Below are positions 46,074 to 53,779 of a DNA stretch of 64,000 nucleotides, in pieces. The position numbers were made by a program, and so were the translations under genes. Every line of letters begins with the position of its first letter. Position 1 is the first letter of the stretch. A model generated the notes under the pieces. The model saw nothing but the letters and a program-made list of their open reading frames with translations, searched no databases and was not told the origin of the DNA. Source of the stretch: Candidatus Omnitrophota bacterium (lineage in GTDB: Bacteria > Omnitrophota > Gorgyraeia > Gygaellales > Profunditerraquicolaceae); contig JALOQK010000001.1 in assembly GCA_025453395.1 (NCBI GenBank), forward strand, positions 74,244 through 138,243, written 5' to 3'.

Positions 46074-46503
46074 TCGCTTCTTGCGTTTCGCAAACTCTTA
46101 GGCTGTCACGGAAATATTTATCTTTAAGAAGGCGTGAAATCCTTGCCAACGCCTTAAGATGCGGGCCGGCAGAATCTTGAGGAGCTAAAAGGAGGAAAAA
46201 TATATAGGCCGGTTCTCCGTCTAGAGAATCAAAATCAACGCCTTTTTTGGAAAGGCCGAATGCCGCCACGAGCTTTGTGACATTCTCGGATTTAGCATGC
46301 GGAATAGCCACGCCTTGTCCTATGGCAGTAGAACCCAAAGACTCTCTGGCCATAAGCGCTTCAAATATCTTAGAGGCATCTTTTTTATCTACCTCTCCGG
46401 CATTGATCAGGGAGTTAACCAGCTCACTAATAATATCTTGCTTTTTAGTTGATTTGATTTCAGGGATGATCGCGCCTTGAGCTAAAAAATCCATTATTTT
46501 CAT
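46033..46503 (-). CDS. ptsN: PTS IIA-like nitrogen-regulatory protein PtsN (EIIA-Ntr)
   Basis: PTS EIIA type-2 fold with GQGVAIPHAK active-site His. Start moved to MKIMDF because the longer ORF reads through the tandem hairpin repeats. Confidence 0.75.
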   Translation of the reverse strand: MKIMDFLAQGAIIPEIKSTKKQDIISELVNSLINAGEVDKKDASKIFEALMARESLGSTAIGQGVAIPHAKSENVTKLVAAFGLSKKGVDFDSLDGEPAYIFFLLLAPQDSAGPHLKALARISRLLKDKYFRDSLRVCETQEAIVKIISQEDEKKI

Positions 46504-46520
46504 GCTTTTTTCTCCTTCAT

Positions 46521-46656
46521 AGTGAATGAACACCGGCCCATCCGATAGGGCCGGGTGTTAGCAGTAGTGAACACCGGCCCATCCGATAGGGCCGGGTGTT
46601 AGCAGTAGTGAACACCGGCCCATCCGATAGGGCCGGGTGTTAGCAGTAGTGAACAC
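46521..46656. repeat. Tandem array, 3 copies of a 41-bp unit each forming hairpin AACACCGGCCC-ATCCGATA-GGGCCGGGTGTT, directly upstream of ptsN
   Basis: Units begin at about 46521, 46566 and 46607 (plus a partial at 46648). Unit agtgaacaccggcccatccgatagggccgggtgttagcagt. Confidence 0.85.
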
Positions 46657-46662
46657 TCCGCG

Positions 46663-46684
46663 CCTGCCTGCCGGCAGGCAGGCA
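46663..46684. repeat. Family C 22-bp perfect palindrome GCCTGCCTGCCGGCAGGCAGGC
   Basis: Identical core to 23701-23722. Confidence 0.85.
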
Positions 46685-46830
46685 ATACATAATAAGCGCC
46701 GGGTGTAGGTATTATGTATAAAGAAACTATTCCTACTCCTCGCCTAATCGCTCTCAAATTTTTAGTGCTGCGCACCAAAAATTTGCTTCGCAGGCTTCGG
46801 AGTGAAATTTTTACTGCGTAAAAATTTCTA

Positions 46831-46903
46831 AGCGGGAGACGGGGTTCGAACCCGCGACATCGACCTTGGCAAGGTCGCGCTCTACCAACTGAGCCACTCC
46901 CGC
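46831..46903 (-). tRNA. tRNA-Gly (anticodon GCC)
   Basis: Revcomp GCGGGAGTGGCTCAGTTGGTAGAGCGCGACCTTGCCAAGGTCGATGTCGCGGGTTCGAACCCCGTCTCCCGCT; anticodon loop TTGCCAA. Confidence 0.9.
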
Positions 46904-47118
46904 GTCGCTCACTTTAGGTGGTTCAATATTATCAAGTAAACTAACAATACTTATTGACGTATCTATTACTAATCTAGCGTTCGCTGGACGTTCGCTCCCC
47001 ATGGGAAAACCAAAGGTTTCCCCTCTGGCGTCGCTTGAGTGACATATCTAAAACTATATGCCCGCTCCTGTCACCCCTTCCTTTTGTCCTATCGATACTT
47101 TCAAAAAACTTTAGTTAA

Positions 47119-47200
47119 TGGGCGGAAGAGGAGTTGAACCTCCAAGGGTTGCCCCATCGGCTCCTAAGGCCGACGCGTATGCCAATTCCGCCATCCGCCC
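47119..47200 (-). tRNA. tRNA-Leu (anticodon UAG), type II with long variable arm
   Basis: Revcomp GGGCGGATGGCGGAATTGGCATACGCGTCGGCCTTAGGAGCCGATGGGGCAACCCTTGGAGGTTCAACTCCTCTTCCGCCCA; anticodon loop CTTAGGA. Confidence 0.85.
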
Positions 47201-47231
47201 GTCGAGGGCTTTGTAACTTTATTTAAATTTA

Positions 47232-47304
47232 TGAGCCTCCCGCGGCTCGAACGCGGCACACCCACCTTAAAAGGGTGGTGCTCTACCAGATGAGCTAGAG
47301 GCCC
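47232..47304 (-). tRNA. tRNA-Lys (anticodon UUU)
   Basis: Revcomp GGGCCTCTAGCTCATCTGGTAGAGCACCACCCTTTTAAGGTGGGTGTGCCGCGTTCGAGCCGCGGGAGGCTCA; anticodon loop CTTTTAA. Confidence 0.85.
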
Positions 47305-47351
47305 AAAATCAGCTATCAGCCGTCAGCTTACAGCTTACAGCTTACAGCTGA
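47305..47351. repeat. Family F heptad-repeat palindrome (ATCAGCTATCAGCCGTCAGC (TTACAGC)x3 TGATT), downstream of frr
   Basis: Shares the TCAGCYNTCAGCYGTCAGC motif with 11895-11955; the outer AATCAGCT/AGCTGATT arms pair. Confidence 0.65.
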
Positions 47352-47912
47352 TTAGATTTCCAAAACTTCTTTTTCTTTATACTTTAATAATTCTTCAACT
47401 TTAGCGGTATATTTATCCGCCGTCTTCTGCAATTCATCTATACCGCGGAATTTATCATCTTCAGAAATAGCCTTGTCTTTTTCAAGCTTCTCTATCGCCT
47501 CTTTGGCGTCGCGGCGGATAGTACGCATAGAAACCCTGCCGTTTTCCGCCATCTGATGCACAACCTTAACCAACTCCTGCCTTCTATCTTTTGACAAAGG
47601 CGGAATAGAAAGCCGGATAATTTTCCCGTCATTAGAAGGAGTAACCCCAAGGCTTGATTTCATAATCGCTTTTTCTATCTCAACAATCGCGGTTATATCC
47701 CAGGGCTGTATGGTGATAAGATGCGCGTCAGAGGCAGAAATAGAAGCCAACTGCTTTAAAAGTGTAGGGGTACCGTAATAATCCACATGCAAACCCTCAA
47801 CCAGCCCCGGATGCGCCCTGCCGGTTCTTACTTCAGAATATTCGCGCGAAACAGATTCTACCGCCTTCTTCATTTTATCTTCTGCGTTATGCAAAACTTC
47901 TTTGATAGTCAT
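47352..47912 (-). CDS. frr: Ribosome recycling factor
   Basis: 186 aa; conserved RRF sequence (VRTGRAHPGLVE, IRRDA). Confidence 0.9.
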   Translation of the reverse strand: MTIKEVLHNAEDKMKKAVESVSREYSEVRTGRAHPGLVEGLHVDYYGTPTLLKQLASISASDAHLITIQPWDITAIVEIEKAIMKSSLGVTPSNDGKIIRLSIPPLSKDRRQELVKVVHQMAENGRVSMRTIRRDAKEAIEKLEKDKAISEDDKFRGIDELQKTADKYTAKVEELLKYKEKEVLEI

Positions 47913-47938
47913 AACCCGCCTCCAACGTTACCCAATCT

Positions 47939-48664
47939 TTAATTTACCTTTGTGCCTATTTTCTCGCCCATTACCACGCGCTTGATATTTCCTTCTTTAG
48001 TCATATTAAAAACAATAATCGGCAATTTATTATCCATACAAAGGCTAACCGCGGTAGCGTCCATTACTTTCAAACCTTTTTTCAAAACATCGAGATACTT
48101 TAAATTCGTGAATTTCTTGGCGTCTTTAAATCTTACCGGGTCGGCAGAATAAACCCCATCAACCTTGGTCGCCTTTAATATCGCATCGGCGCTAATCTCC
48201 ATTGCCCGTAAGGCTGCTGCGGTATCGGTAGTAAAATAAGGATTGCCTGTGCCGGCAACGAAAATCACGATCCTGCCCTTTTCAAGATGGCGCACTGCCC
48301 TGCGCCTAATATAGCTTTCAGCGATGCGCTGCATTTCTATGGCAGTCATCACCCGGGTAGGCATATTCATCTTTTCCAAAACATTCTGCATAGCTAAGCC
48401 GTTTATAACCGTGGCCAACATACCCATATAATCAGCGGTAGAACGGTTCATATCAAGCCCTCTGGAATCGGAATTCTCTTGGCCGCGAAAAATGTTACCC
48501 GCGCCTAAAACAATCGCCACTTCCACATCAAGCTTGCGTATCTGTTTTATCTGACGGGCGATACTTACAAGCACCGCATTATCAATGCCATGCGCTTGAG
48601 AACCCTGCAGGGCTTCTCCGCTTAACTTCAGCACTATCCTCTTATAAACAGGTTTTGCTTTCAT
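47939..48664 (-). CDS. pyrH: UMP kinase
   Basis: [22 protein letters not shown] and [17 protein letters not shown] motifs. Confidence 0.9.
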   Translation of the reverse strand: MKAKPVYKRIVLKLSGEALQGSQAHGIDNAVLVSIARQIKQIRKLDVEVAIVLGAGNIFRGQENSDSRGLDMNRSTADYMGMLATVINGLAMQNVLEKMNMPTRVMTAIEMQRIAESYIRRRAVRHLEKGRIVIFVAGTGNPYFTTDTAAALRAMEISADAILKATKVDGVYSADPVRFKDAKKFTNLKYLDVLKKGLKVMDATAVSLCMDNKLPIIVFNMTKEGNIKRVVMGEKIGTKVN

Positions 48665-48680
48665 CCCTTTAATAAGCTTG

Positions 48681-49208
48681 TTATTCGCCGATCTTATAAC
48701 GGATAAATTTGCGTATCAGGATATTTTCATTAAACTTTGCCACAAGACTGCCCAAATAATCTTTAATATTTAGAGAAGGATCCTTGATAAATGCCTGCTC
48801 CATAAGGCAGTTCTCTTTATAAAAAAGCTCTTTATCTTTTTCATGCTCTAAAGCTTCCTGCGAGACATCTTCTTTCTTGATATATTTAGGATTAAGAGCG
48901 GCTATCTGCATAGCCAAGTCTTTAGCAAACTGGGCGAATTCCGCGTTACGCGCGACAAAATCCGTTTCGCAATCCACTTCAAGCAACACGCCGATCTTAT
49001 TCCCGTTATGGATATAGGCTTCTACTCTTCCCTCTTTAGCAACGCGATCCTGCTTCTTGGCGGATAGTTCCAGCCCTCTTTTACGCAAAAGCTCAGAGGC
49101 TTTTTTGATGTCTCCGGATGCGTCTTGAAGGGCCTTGCGGCAGTCACTGACGCTTGCGGAAGTGATATTTCTTAATTCTTTAATAGACTCAAGCGGTATC
49201 TTTGTCAT
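48681..49208 (-). CDS. tsf: Elongation factor Ts (short form)
   Basis: [20 protein letters not shown]-like N-terminus and CETDFVARN core; 175 aa. Confidence 0.85.
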   Translation of the reverse strand: MTKIPLESIKELRNITSASVSDCRKALQDASGDIKKASELLRKRGLELSAKKQDRVAKEGRVEAYIHNGNKIGVLLEVDCETDFVARNAEFAQFAKDLAMQIAALNPKYIKKEDVSQEALEHEKDKELFYKENCLMEQAFIKDPSLNIKDYLGSLVAKFNENILIRKFIRYKIGE

Positions 49209-49234
49209 TTTACTTTTAGTGCCTTTCTTATTTA

Positions 49235-50107
49235 TTATTTGGCTCTTGTTTTTATGTTTTTCTTAGGCAACGCCTGATCCGTCTCCACAACCTCTTCAAT
49301 AACTTTAATTGTGGTTTCTTCTTCGGCAGATATAACCTGAGCCTCCTGAACCGGCTCGTCTTTAATCTTATTCACTCCGGTTTCGGAAAGATAAGACAAA
49401 AACCTCTTTCTTCCTTCTACGGCGCTTTCCGCGATCAAGTTTGTAATAAGCTTAATGGATTTAGCAGCGTCATCATTTCCGGGCACGGGAAAAGCTACCG
49501 GATCAGGATTACAATTAGTATCCAAAAGCCCGATAATGGGAATCCCCAGCTTCAAGGCTTCGCGCACCGCGGTTTCTTCTTTTTTGGTGTCCACGATAAA
49601 AATAGCCTTAGGCATCTTTTCCATCTGGGTGATACCGGAAAAATTCTTTCTTAATTTCTCTAATTCTTTTTCTAAACCGGCGACCTCTTTCTTGGTGAAT
49701 TTTTCATAAGTGCCGTCTTCTTTCATTTTTTCAATTTCCCTTAAACGATTAATGCTGCTTTTAACTGTTGAAAAATTAGTCAAAAGCCCCCCCGGCCAGC
49801 GCTGGGTAACATAAAACATCCCCGAACGCAGCGCTTCCTCATGCACGACGGCTTGGGCCTGCTTTTTGGTCCCCACAAAAAGGACATAGTCCCCTTTAGA
49901 GGTAAGATCCACCACGAAATCACGCGCCTTATTCAGGCACTCTTCGGTCTTTTCAAGGTCAATGATATAAACACCGCTTCTGGAGCCAAAAATAAACTTC
50001 TTCATTTTCGGGTTCCAGCGCGATGTCTTATGGCCGAAATGCACCCCTGCTTCTAAAAGCTGCTTTATTAATTCTGTTGGCACAATAACTCCCCCTTTCA
50101 AAGGCAT
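49235..50107 (-). CDS. rpsB: 30S ribosomal protein S2 with acidic C-terminal extension
   Basis: LLEAGVHFGHKTSRWNPKM and LFVGTKKQAQ S2 motifs; about 40-aa E/V-rich tail. Confidence 0.9.
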   Translation of the reverse strand: MPLKGGVIVPTELIKQLLEAGVHFGHKTSRWNPKMKKFIFGSRSGVYIIDLEKTEECLNKARDFVVDLTSKGDYVLFVGTKKQAQAVVHEEALRSGMFYVTQRWPGGLLTNFSTVKSSINRLREIEKMKEDGTYEKFTKKEVAGLEKELEKLRKNFSGITQMEKMPKAIFIVDTKKEETAVREALKLGIPIIGLLDTNCNPDPVAFPVPGNDDAAKSIKLITNLIAESAVEGRKRFLSYLSETGVNKIKDEPVQEAQVISAEEETTIKVIEEVVETDQALPKKNIKTRAK

Positions 50108-50319
50108 AGCCTGTTTTGTTTCATGCTTTTTAAAGCATTACGCACATGCTTATATTAAAGCCGGAAAACAAGCTATTTTTGCTTTGGTTGCGCGCCTCTT
50201 GATACCTGTGCGTTAATGGCGCTAACCGTGATTTTTACACTGTTTTTCCAAATTAAACGCCAAATATATCACAATTAAACCGCCAATGCAACAAAAAAGA
50301 TGACTTTTTTGAAGGATTA

Positions 50320-52116
50320 TTAAGACAGGCCTAATTCCTGCAACTGGTAGAGTTTGCGGTATATCCCTTTTTTCTCCAAAAGCTCTTGATGGTTTCCTTC
50401 TTCGGCAATTCTTCCTTCGCTTAAAACAATGATCCGGTGGGCGTTCTTAACTGTGGAAAGCCGGTGCGCCACCACAAAAACGGTTCGTCCCTGTATCAGC
50501 TTATCTAAGGCCTGCTGGACAAGCCTTTCAGATTCCGAATCAAGCTGAGAAGTAGCTTCATCAAGGATAAGTATGGGCGGATTTTTCAAAAGCGCACGGG
50601 CTATAGCAATACGCTGCCTCTCTCCTCCGGAAAGCTTAGCGCCCCTGTCGCCGATAAGAGTCTGATATCCTAAACAGGAATTTAAAATAAAATCATGGGC
50701 GCAGGCCTTTTTAGCGGCTTCCTCTATCTGTTCCTGCGAAGCGTTATCTGTTCCGTAAGAAATATTCGCCTGTATAGTATCATTAAAAAGCACCGTCTCC
50801 TGACTGACAATACCGATGTGCGAACGTAATGATTTTAAGGTAAAATCACTTATGTCGTTACCATCAATTATTATCCTCCCCCTTTGCGGATCGTAAAAAC
50901 GCGGGATCAAGTCTATAAAAGTAGTCTTGCCTGTGCCGCTGGGGCCGACAATAGCGATAATCTCCCCCTTATTTACCTTTATATTGATACCTTTAAGGAT
51001 ATCTTTGTCCGCGTACCTGAACCAGACATCTTCAAAAGCTATATAGTTTTTAAACCCGGTAAGAACTCCGGCATGGGGTTTTTCTACGACAGTAGGGACC
51101 ATATCCAAAATCTCATAGATCCTCTCGCTTGCGGCTTGCGCCTGCTGCATAATGGAGCTTACCTGGCTTAATTTCTTAAAGGGGCGGATCATGGATAAAA
51201 GCGCTGCCATAAACAAAGTAAACGTCCCGAATGAAATCTCTCCGCTTACCACCTGTTTCCCGCTGTAATAAATGATCACCAGCGCCACAAAGACCCCGAT
51301 TAGCTCTGTAGCGATACCAAGCAGTAATGTGCGCTTAATGGATTTCATAGCCAAACGGTAATACTGAAAATTCTGCTGCGTGAAACGGGCGATCTCGCGG
51401 GCTTGGGCATTAAAGGCCTTGACGACTTTTATACCGGTAAAAGTCTCCACAAGAGTAGAATTTATATCGGCAGATTTTTCCTGCGAGCGTTTGCTTAATT
51501 TTCTTAAAACCTTTCCCACAGATACCATCGGCCAGGCGATCATCGGCAAGATCACTAAAGAAAGAAACGCCAGCCTCCAATTGATGAAAAATATGAGGAT
51601 CGCGAAAGATATTACCTCAAAAGACTGATAAACCAAATCCGTAAGCGCGTAAGATACCGCGTTTTCAATAAGTTTTACGTCATTGGTAATGCGCGATATT
51701 AGCTCCCCGCTTCTTTTTTGGGTAAAATAGTCTAAGGATAAATCCTGCAGTTTCTCGTAGACCTTATTGCGCACGTCACGGATGACCTTTTGCCCCACAT
51801 CAGACATAATATAGCTTTGCGCGAACTCAAAAACCGCCCTTAAGATTAAAGCTATGGGCATAACAATAAGGATAAGGCTTAAGACCTTTAACGGGGGCAG
51901 GCTGTTTAATTGAACAAGGATCTTCTCTAAGAAAAACGGCAGCTTACCATTCGGGAAAACAATCTGTTTGTTGGTAAAAATACGGTCGATCAAAGGCACT
52001 ATCGCGCTTAGGCGGAAAACATCAAAAAAAGTGACCACCCCCATCAATAATCCGGAAATAACCAGAAGATGGGTATAGGCTTTGGAGAAACTGAATAGCT
52101 TGCGGTAATTTTTCAT
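50320..52116 (-). CDS. msbA: ABC exporter, fused permease/ATPase, MsbA-like (lipid A/lipid flippase family)
   Basis: Six-TM domain followed by Walker A GPSGTGKTT, LSGGERQRIAIARAL signature and Walker B ILILDEATS. Divergent from lpxB. Confidence 0.75.
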   Translation of the reverse strand: MKNYRKLFSFSKAYTHLLVISGLLMGVVTFFDVFRLSAIVPLIDRIFTNKQIVFPNGKLPFFLEKILVQLNSLPPLKVLSLILIVMPIALILRAVFEFAQSYIMSDVGQKVIRDVRNKVYEKLQDLSLDYFTQKRSGELISRITNDVKLIENAVSYALTDLVYQSFEVISFAILIFFINWRLAFLSLVILPMIAWPMVSVGKVLRKLSKRSQEKSADINSTLVETFTGIKVVKAFNAQAREIARFTQQNFQYYRLAMKSIKRTLLLGIATELIGVFVALVIIYYSGKQVVSGEISFGTFTLFMAALLSMIRPFKKLSQVSSIMQQAQAASERIYEILDMVPTVVEKPHAGVLTGFKNYIAFEDVWFRYADKDILKGINIKVNKGEIIAIVGPSGTGKTTFIDLIPRFYDPQRGRIIIDGNDISDFTLKSLRSHIGIVSQETVLFNDTIQANISYGTDNASQEQIEEAAKKACAHDFILNSCLGYQTLIGDRGAKLSGGERQRIAIARALLKNPPILILDEATSQLDSESERLVQQALDKLIQGRTVFVVAHRLSTVKNAHRIIVLSEGRIAEEGNHQELLEKKGIYRKLYQLQELGLS

Positions 52117-52177
52117 AACGATGATGATATCATACTAATTGACTTTTGTCGAGGCGTTTGCTATCATTTTTGTTAAT

Positions 52178-53296
52178 ATGGAAAATTTAAAACATATCTT
52201 TATTATCTGCGGAGAGGCATCCGGAGACCTGCACGCCTCTAACTTGGCAGCTGAACTAAAGAAAATAGACCCCTCTATTAAAATATCGGGTGCGGGAGGA
52301 GCTTTATTAGAAAACACCGGGGCAAACCTCTATGCCAACATCAAAGACTTCGCGGTAATGGGGCTATTTGATGTCTTGAAAAAATTACCTCAATTTTTTG
52401 CCCTCAAAAAACTCTTAATTGAGAAAATCCGCTCGGAAGCCCCTGACGCGCTTGTTTTAATTGACTTCTCCGGATTTAACTTACGCTTAGCAAAGGCAGT
52501 AAATAAATCCCTGCCGGTAATTTATTACATCAGCCCCCAGGTCTGGGCGTCAAGGCCGGGGAGGATTCAAACCATCAAGAAATATATTGATAAAATGATC
52601 GTTATCTATGAATTTGAAAAAAAATTCTATGCCAAACACGGTATTGACGCCCAATACGTAGGAAATCCTCTCTTAGATATTGTTAAAGTCCAGCAAATAA
52701 AACAAAATAATCCGATTGTGGCCCTCTTGCCCGGCTCACGCAAACAGGAAATAACATATATTCTTCCGGTAATGCTTGAAACATCCAGGCTTATTAAAGA
52801 AAAAATACCCGATGCCAGCTTCCTTATTGCCAAGCCGGTAAATCTGGATGAATCTATTTATACAGAAGCAATCAATAAATATAAACTGGATGTGCAGATA
52901 ATTTCCGGGAAAACTTATGATTGTATTAACGCGGCGAGTTTCTGCTTGGTTGCCTCTGGCACTGCCACCCTTGAAACCGCAATACTTGAAAAGCCGTTTG
53001 TTGCTATTTATAAAATGAGCTTATTAAATTATCTTTTTTACCGGCCACAGGTAAAGATTCCTTTTATCTGCATAGTCAATATTATTGCCGGCAAGAAAAT
53101 AATCCCCGAATTCATCCAATTCCATGCCAAGGCAAAAAAAATAGCCGGTGAAGTTGTTAAAACCTTGACCGACCATCAATATTACCGCCAGATCAAAGAA
53201 AATCTTGTTTCCTTTAAAGCGCTTCTTGGAAAAACAGGCGCCTCGCAGCGCGCCGCAGAGATTATTTTGAATACTGTCAGAATGGGAAATGAGTAA
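52178..53296 (+). CDS. lpxB: Lipid-A-disaccharide synthase
   Basis: IFIICGEASGDLHASNLAAELKK N-terminus typical of LpxB (GT19). Start placed at MENLKH; the longer ORF starts at 52139. Confidence 0.85.
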   Translation: MENLKHIFIICGEASGDLHASNLAAELKKIDPSIKISGAGGALLENTGANLYANIKDFAVMGLFDVLKKLPQFFALKKLLIEKIRSEAPDALVLIDFSGFNLRLAKAVNKSLPVIYYISPQVWASRPGRIQTIKKYIDKMIVIYEFEKKFYAKHGIDAQYVGNPLLDIVKVQQIKQNNPIVALLPGSRKQEITYILPVMLETSRLIKEKIPDASFLIAKPVNLDESIYTEAINKYKLDVQIISGKTYDCINAASFCLVASGTATLETAILEKPFVAIYKMSLLNYLFYRPQVKIPFICIVNIIAGKKIIPEFIQFHAKAKKIAGEVVKTLTDHQYYRQIKENLVSFKALLGKTGASQRAAEIILNTVRMGNE

Positions 53297-53405
53297 TGGG
53301 TAGTGGGTCCAAGGTGAGAATTGGGTTGAGTAAAAAACTTTAGAATTTTCCCCACAACTCACCCCCACTGTTTACCCACAACTCATGTCTAACAACTCAC
53401 CCTCA
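53286..53405. repeat. Family A element, copy 3 (overlaps last codons of lpxB)
   Basis: gagtaatgggtagtgggtccaaggtgagaattgggttgag...ttttccccacaactcacccccactgtttacccacaactcatgtctaacaactcaccc. Confidence 0.7.
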
Positions 53406-53633
53406 TTTTGGAAGGATGTTAATAAAGGTCCTTACAGAACCCTTGGGAGATTTCTTTTTGGTAAAATAAACTGTCCCGCAAGCTATCGCGTAGACAGTCC
53501 CCTCTCCTTTAACATTTTTCCCGGCCTTGTAGCGATTAATCCCCCGGCAAAGAATAGTGCCTGTTTTAACCGGCTGCCCTTGGGAAACTTTTAAAACTTC
53601 ATCTTTTTTTCCAGTTGCTTTACCGCCTGCCAT
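53403..53633 (-). CDS. rpmA: 50S ribosomal protein L27
   Basis: G..V..G.I..R..G.....G.NV..G.D.T..A...G.V.F pattern (GQPVKTGTILCRGINRYKAGKNVKGEGTVYAIACGTVYF); 76 aa. No rplU adjacent. Confidence 0.7.
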   Translation of the reverse strand: MAGGKATGKKDEVLKVSQGQPVKTGTILCRGINRYKAGKNVKGEGTVYAIACGTVYFTKKKSPKGSVRTFINILPK

Positions 53634-53657
53634 ATTACTACCTCCTTAAATAATAAG

Positions 53658-53762
53658 TTTAGCTTAAAGCTAAAAGCGAAAAATTAAAAATCATAATTCA
53701 AAATTTAAAGTTTTTAATTTTACACTATAGTTTTTCGCTTTACGCTTTACGTTTTGCGCTTA
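53658..53762. repeat. Family B heptamer palindrome, copy 5
   Basis: ttagcttaaagctaaaagcgaaaaattaaaaatcataattcaaaatttaaagtttttaattttacactatagtttttcgctttacgctttacgttttgcgct. Confidence 0.75.
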
Positions 53763-53779
53763 ATAATACCATAGAACTA

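Noticed and set aside
46504-46533. Longer ptsN start (MFIHYEGEKS...)
   Set aside because: The extra N-terminal codons are translated from the tandem hairpin repeat; the MKIMDF start gives a normal EIIA N-terminus.
46521-46656. Possible CRISPR array (regular ~41-bp repeats)
   Set aside because: Units are directly contiguous with no variable spacers, only three copies, and each unit is itself a hairpin. No cas genes. It is a tandem repeat, not CRISPR.
46811-47002. 63-aa minus-strand ORF
   Set aside because: Overlaps the tRNA-Gly gene and the tRNA spacer, with no coding signal.
53403-53633. Doubt whether the 76-aa ORF is L27 because rplU is absent and it is flanked by repeats
   Set aside because: Kept as rpmA: the G..V..G.I..R.G....AG.NV..G.D.T..A...G.V.F pattern is well matched. 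The isolation from rplU is noted as unusual, not disqualifying.
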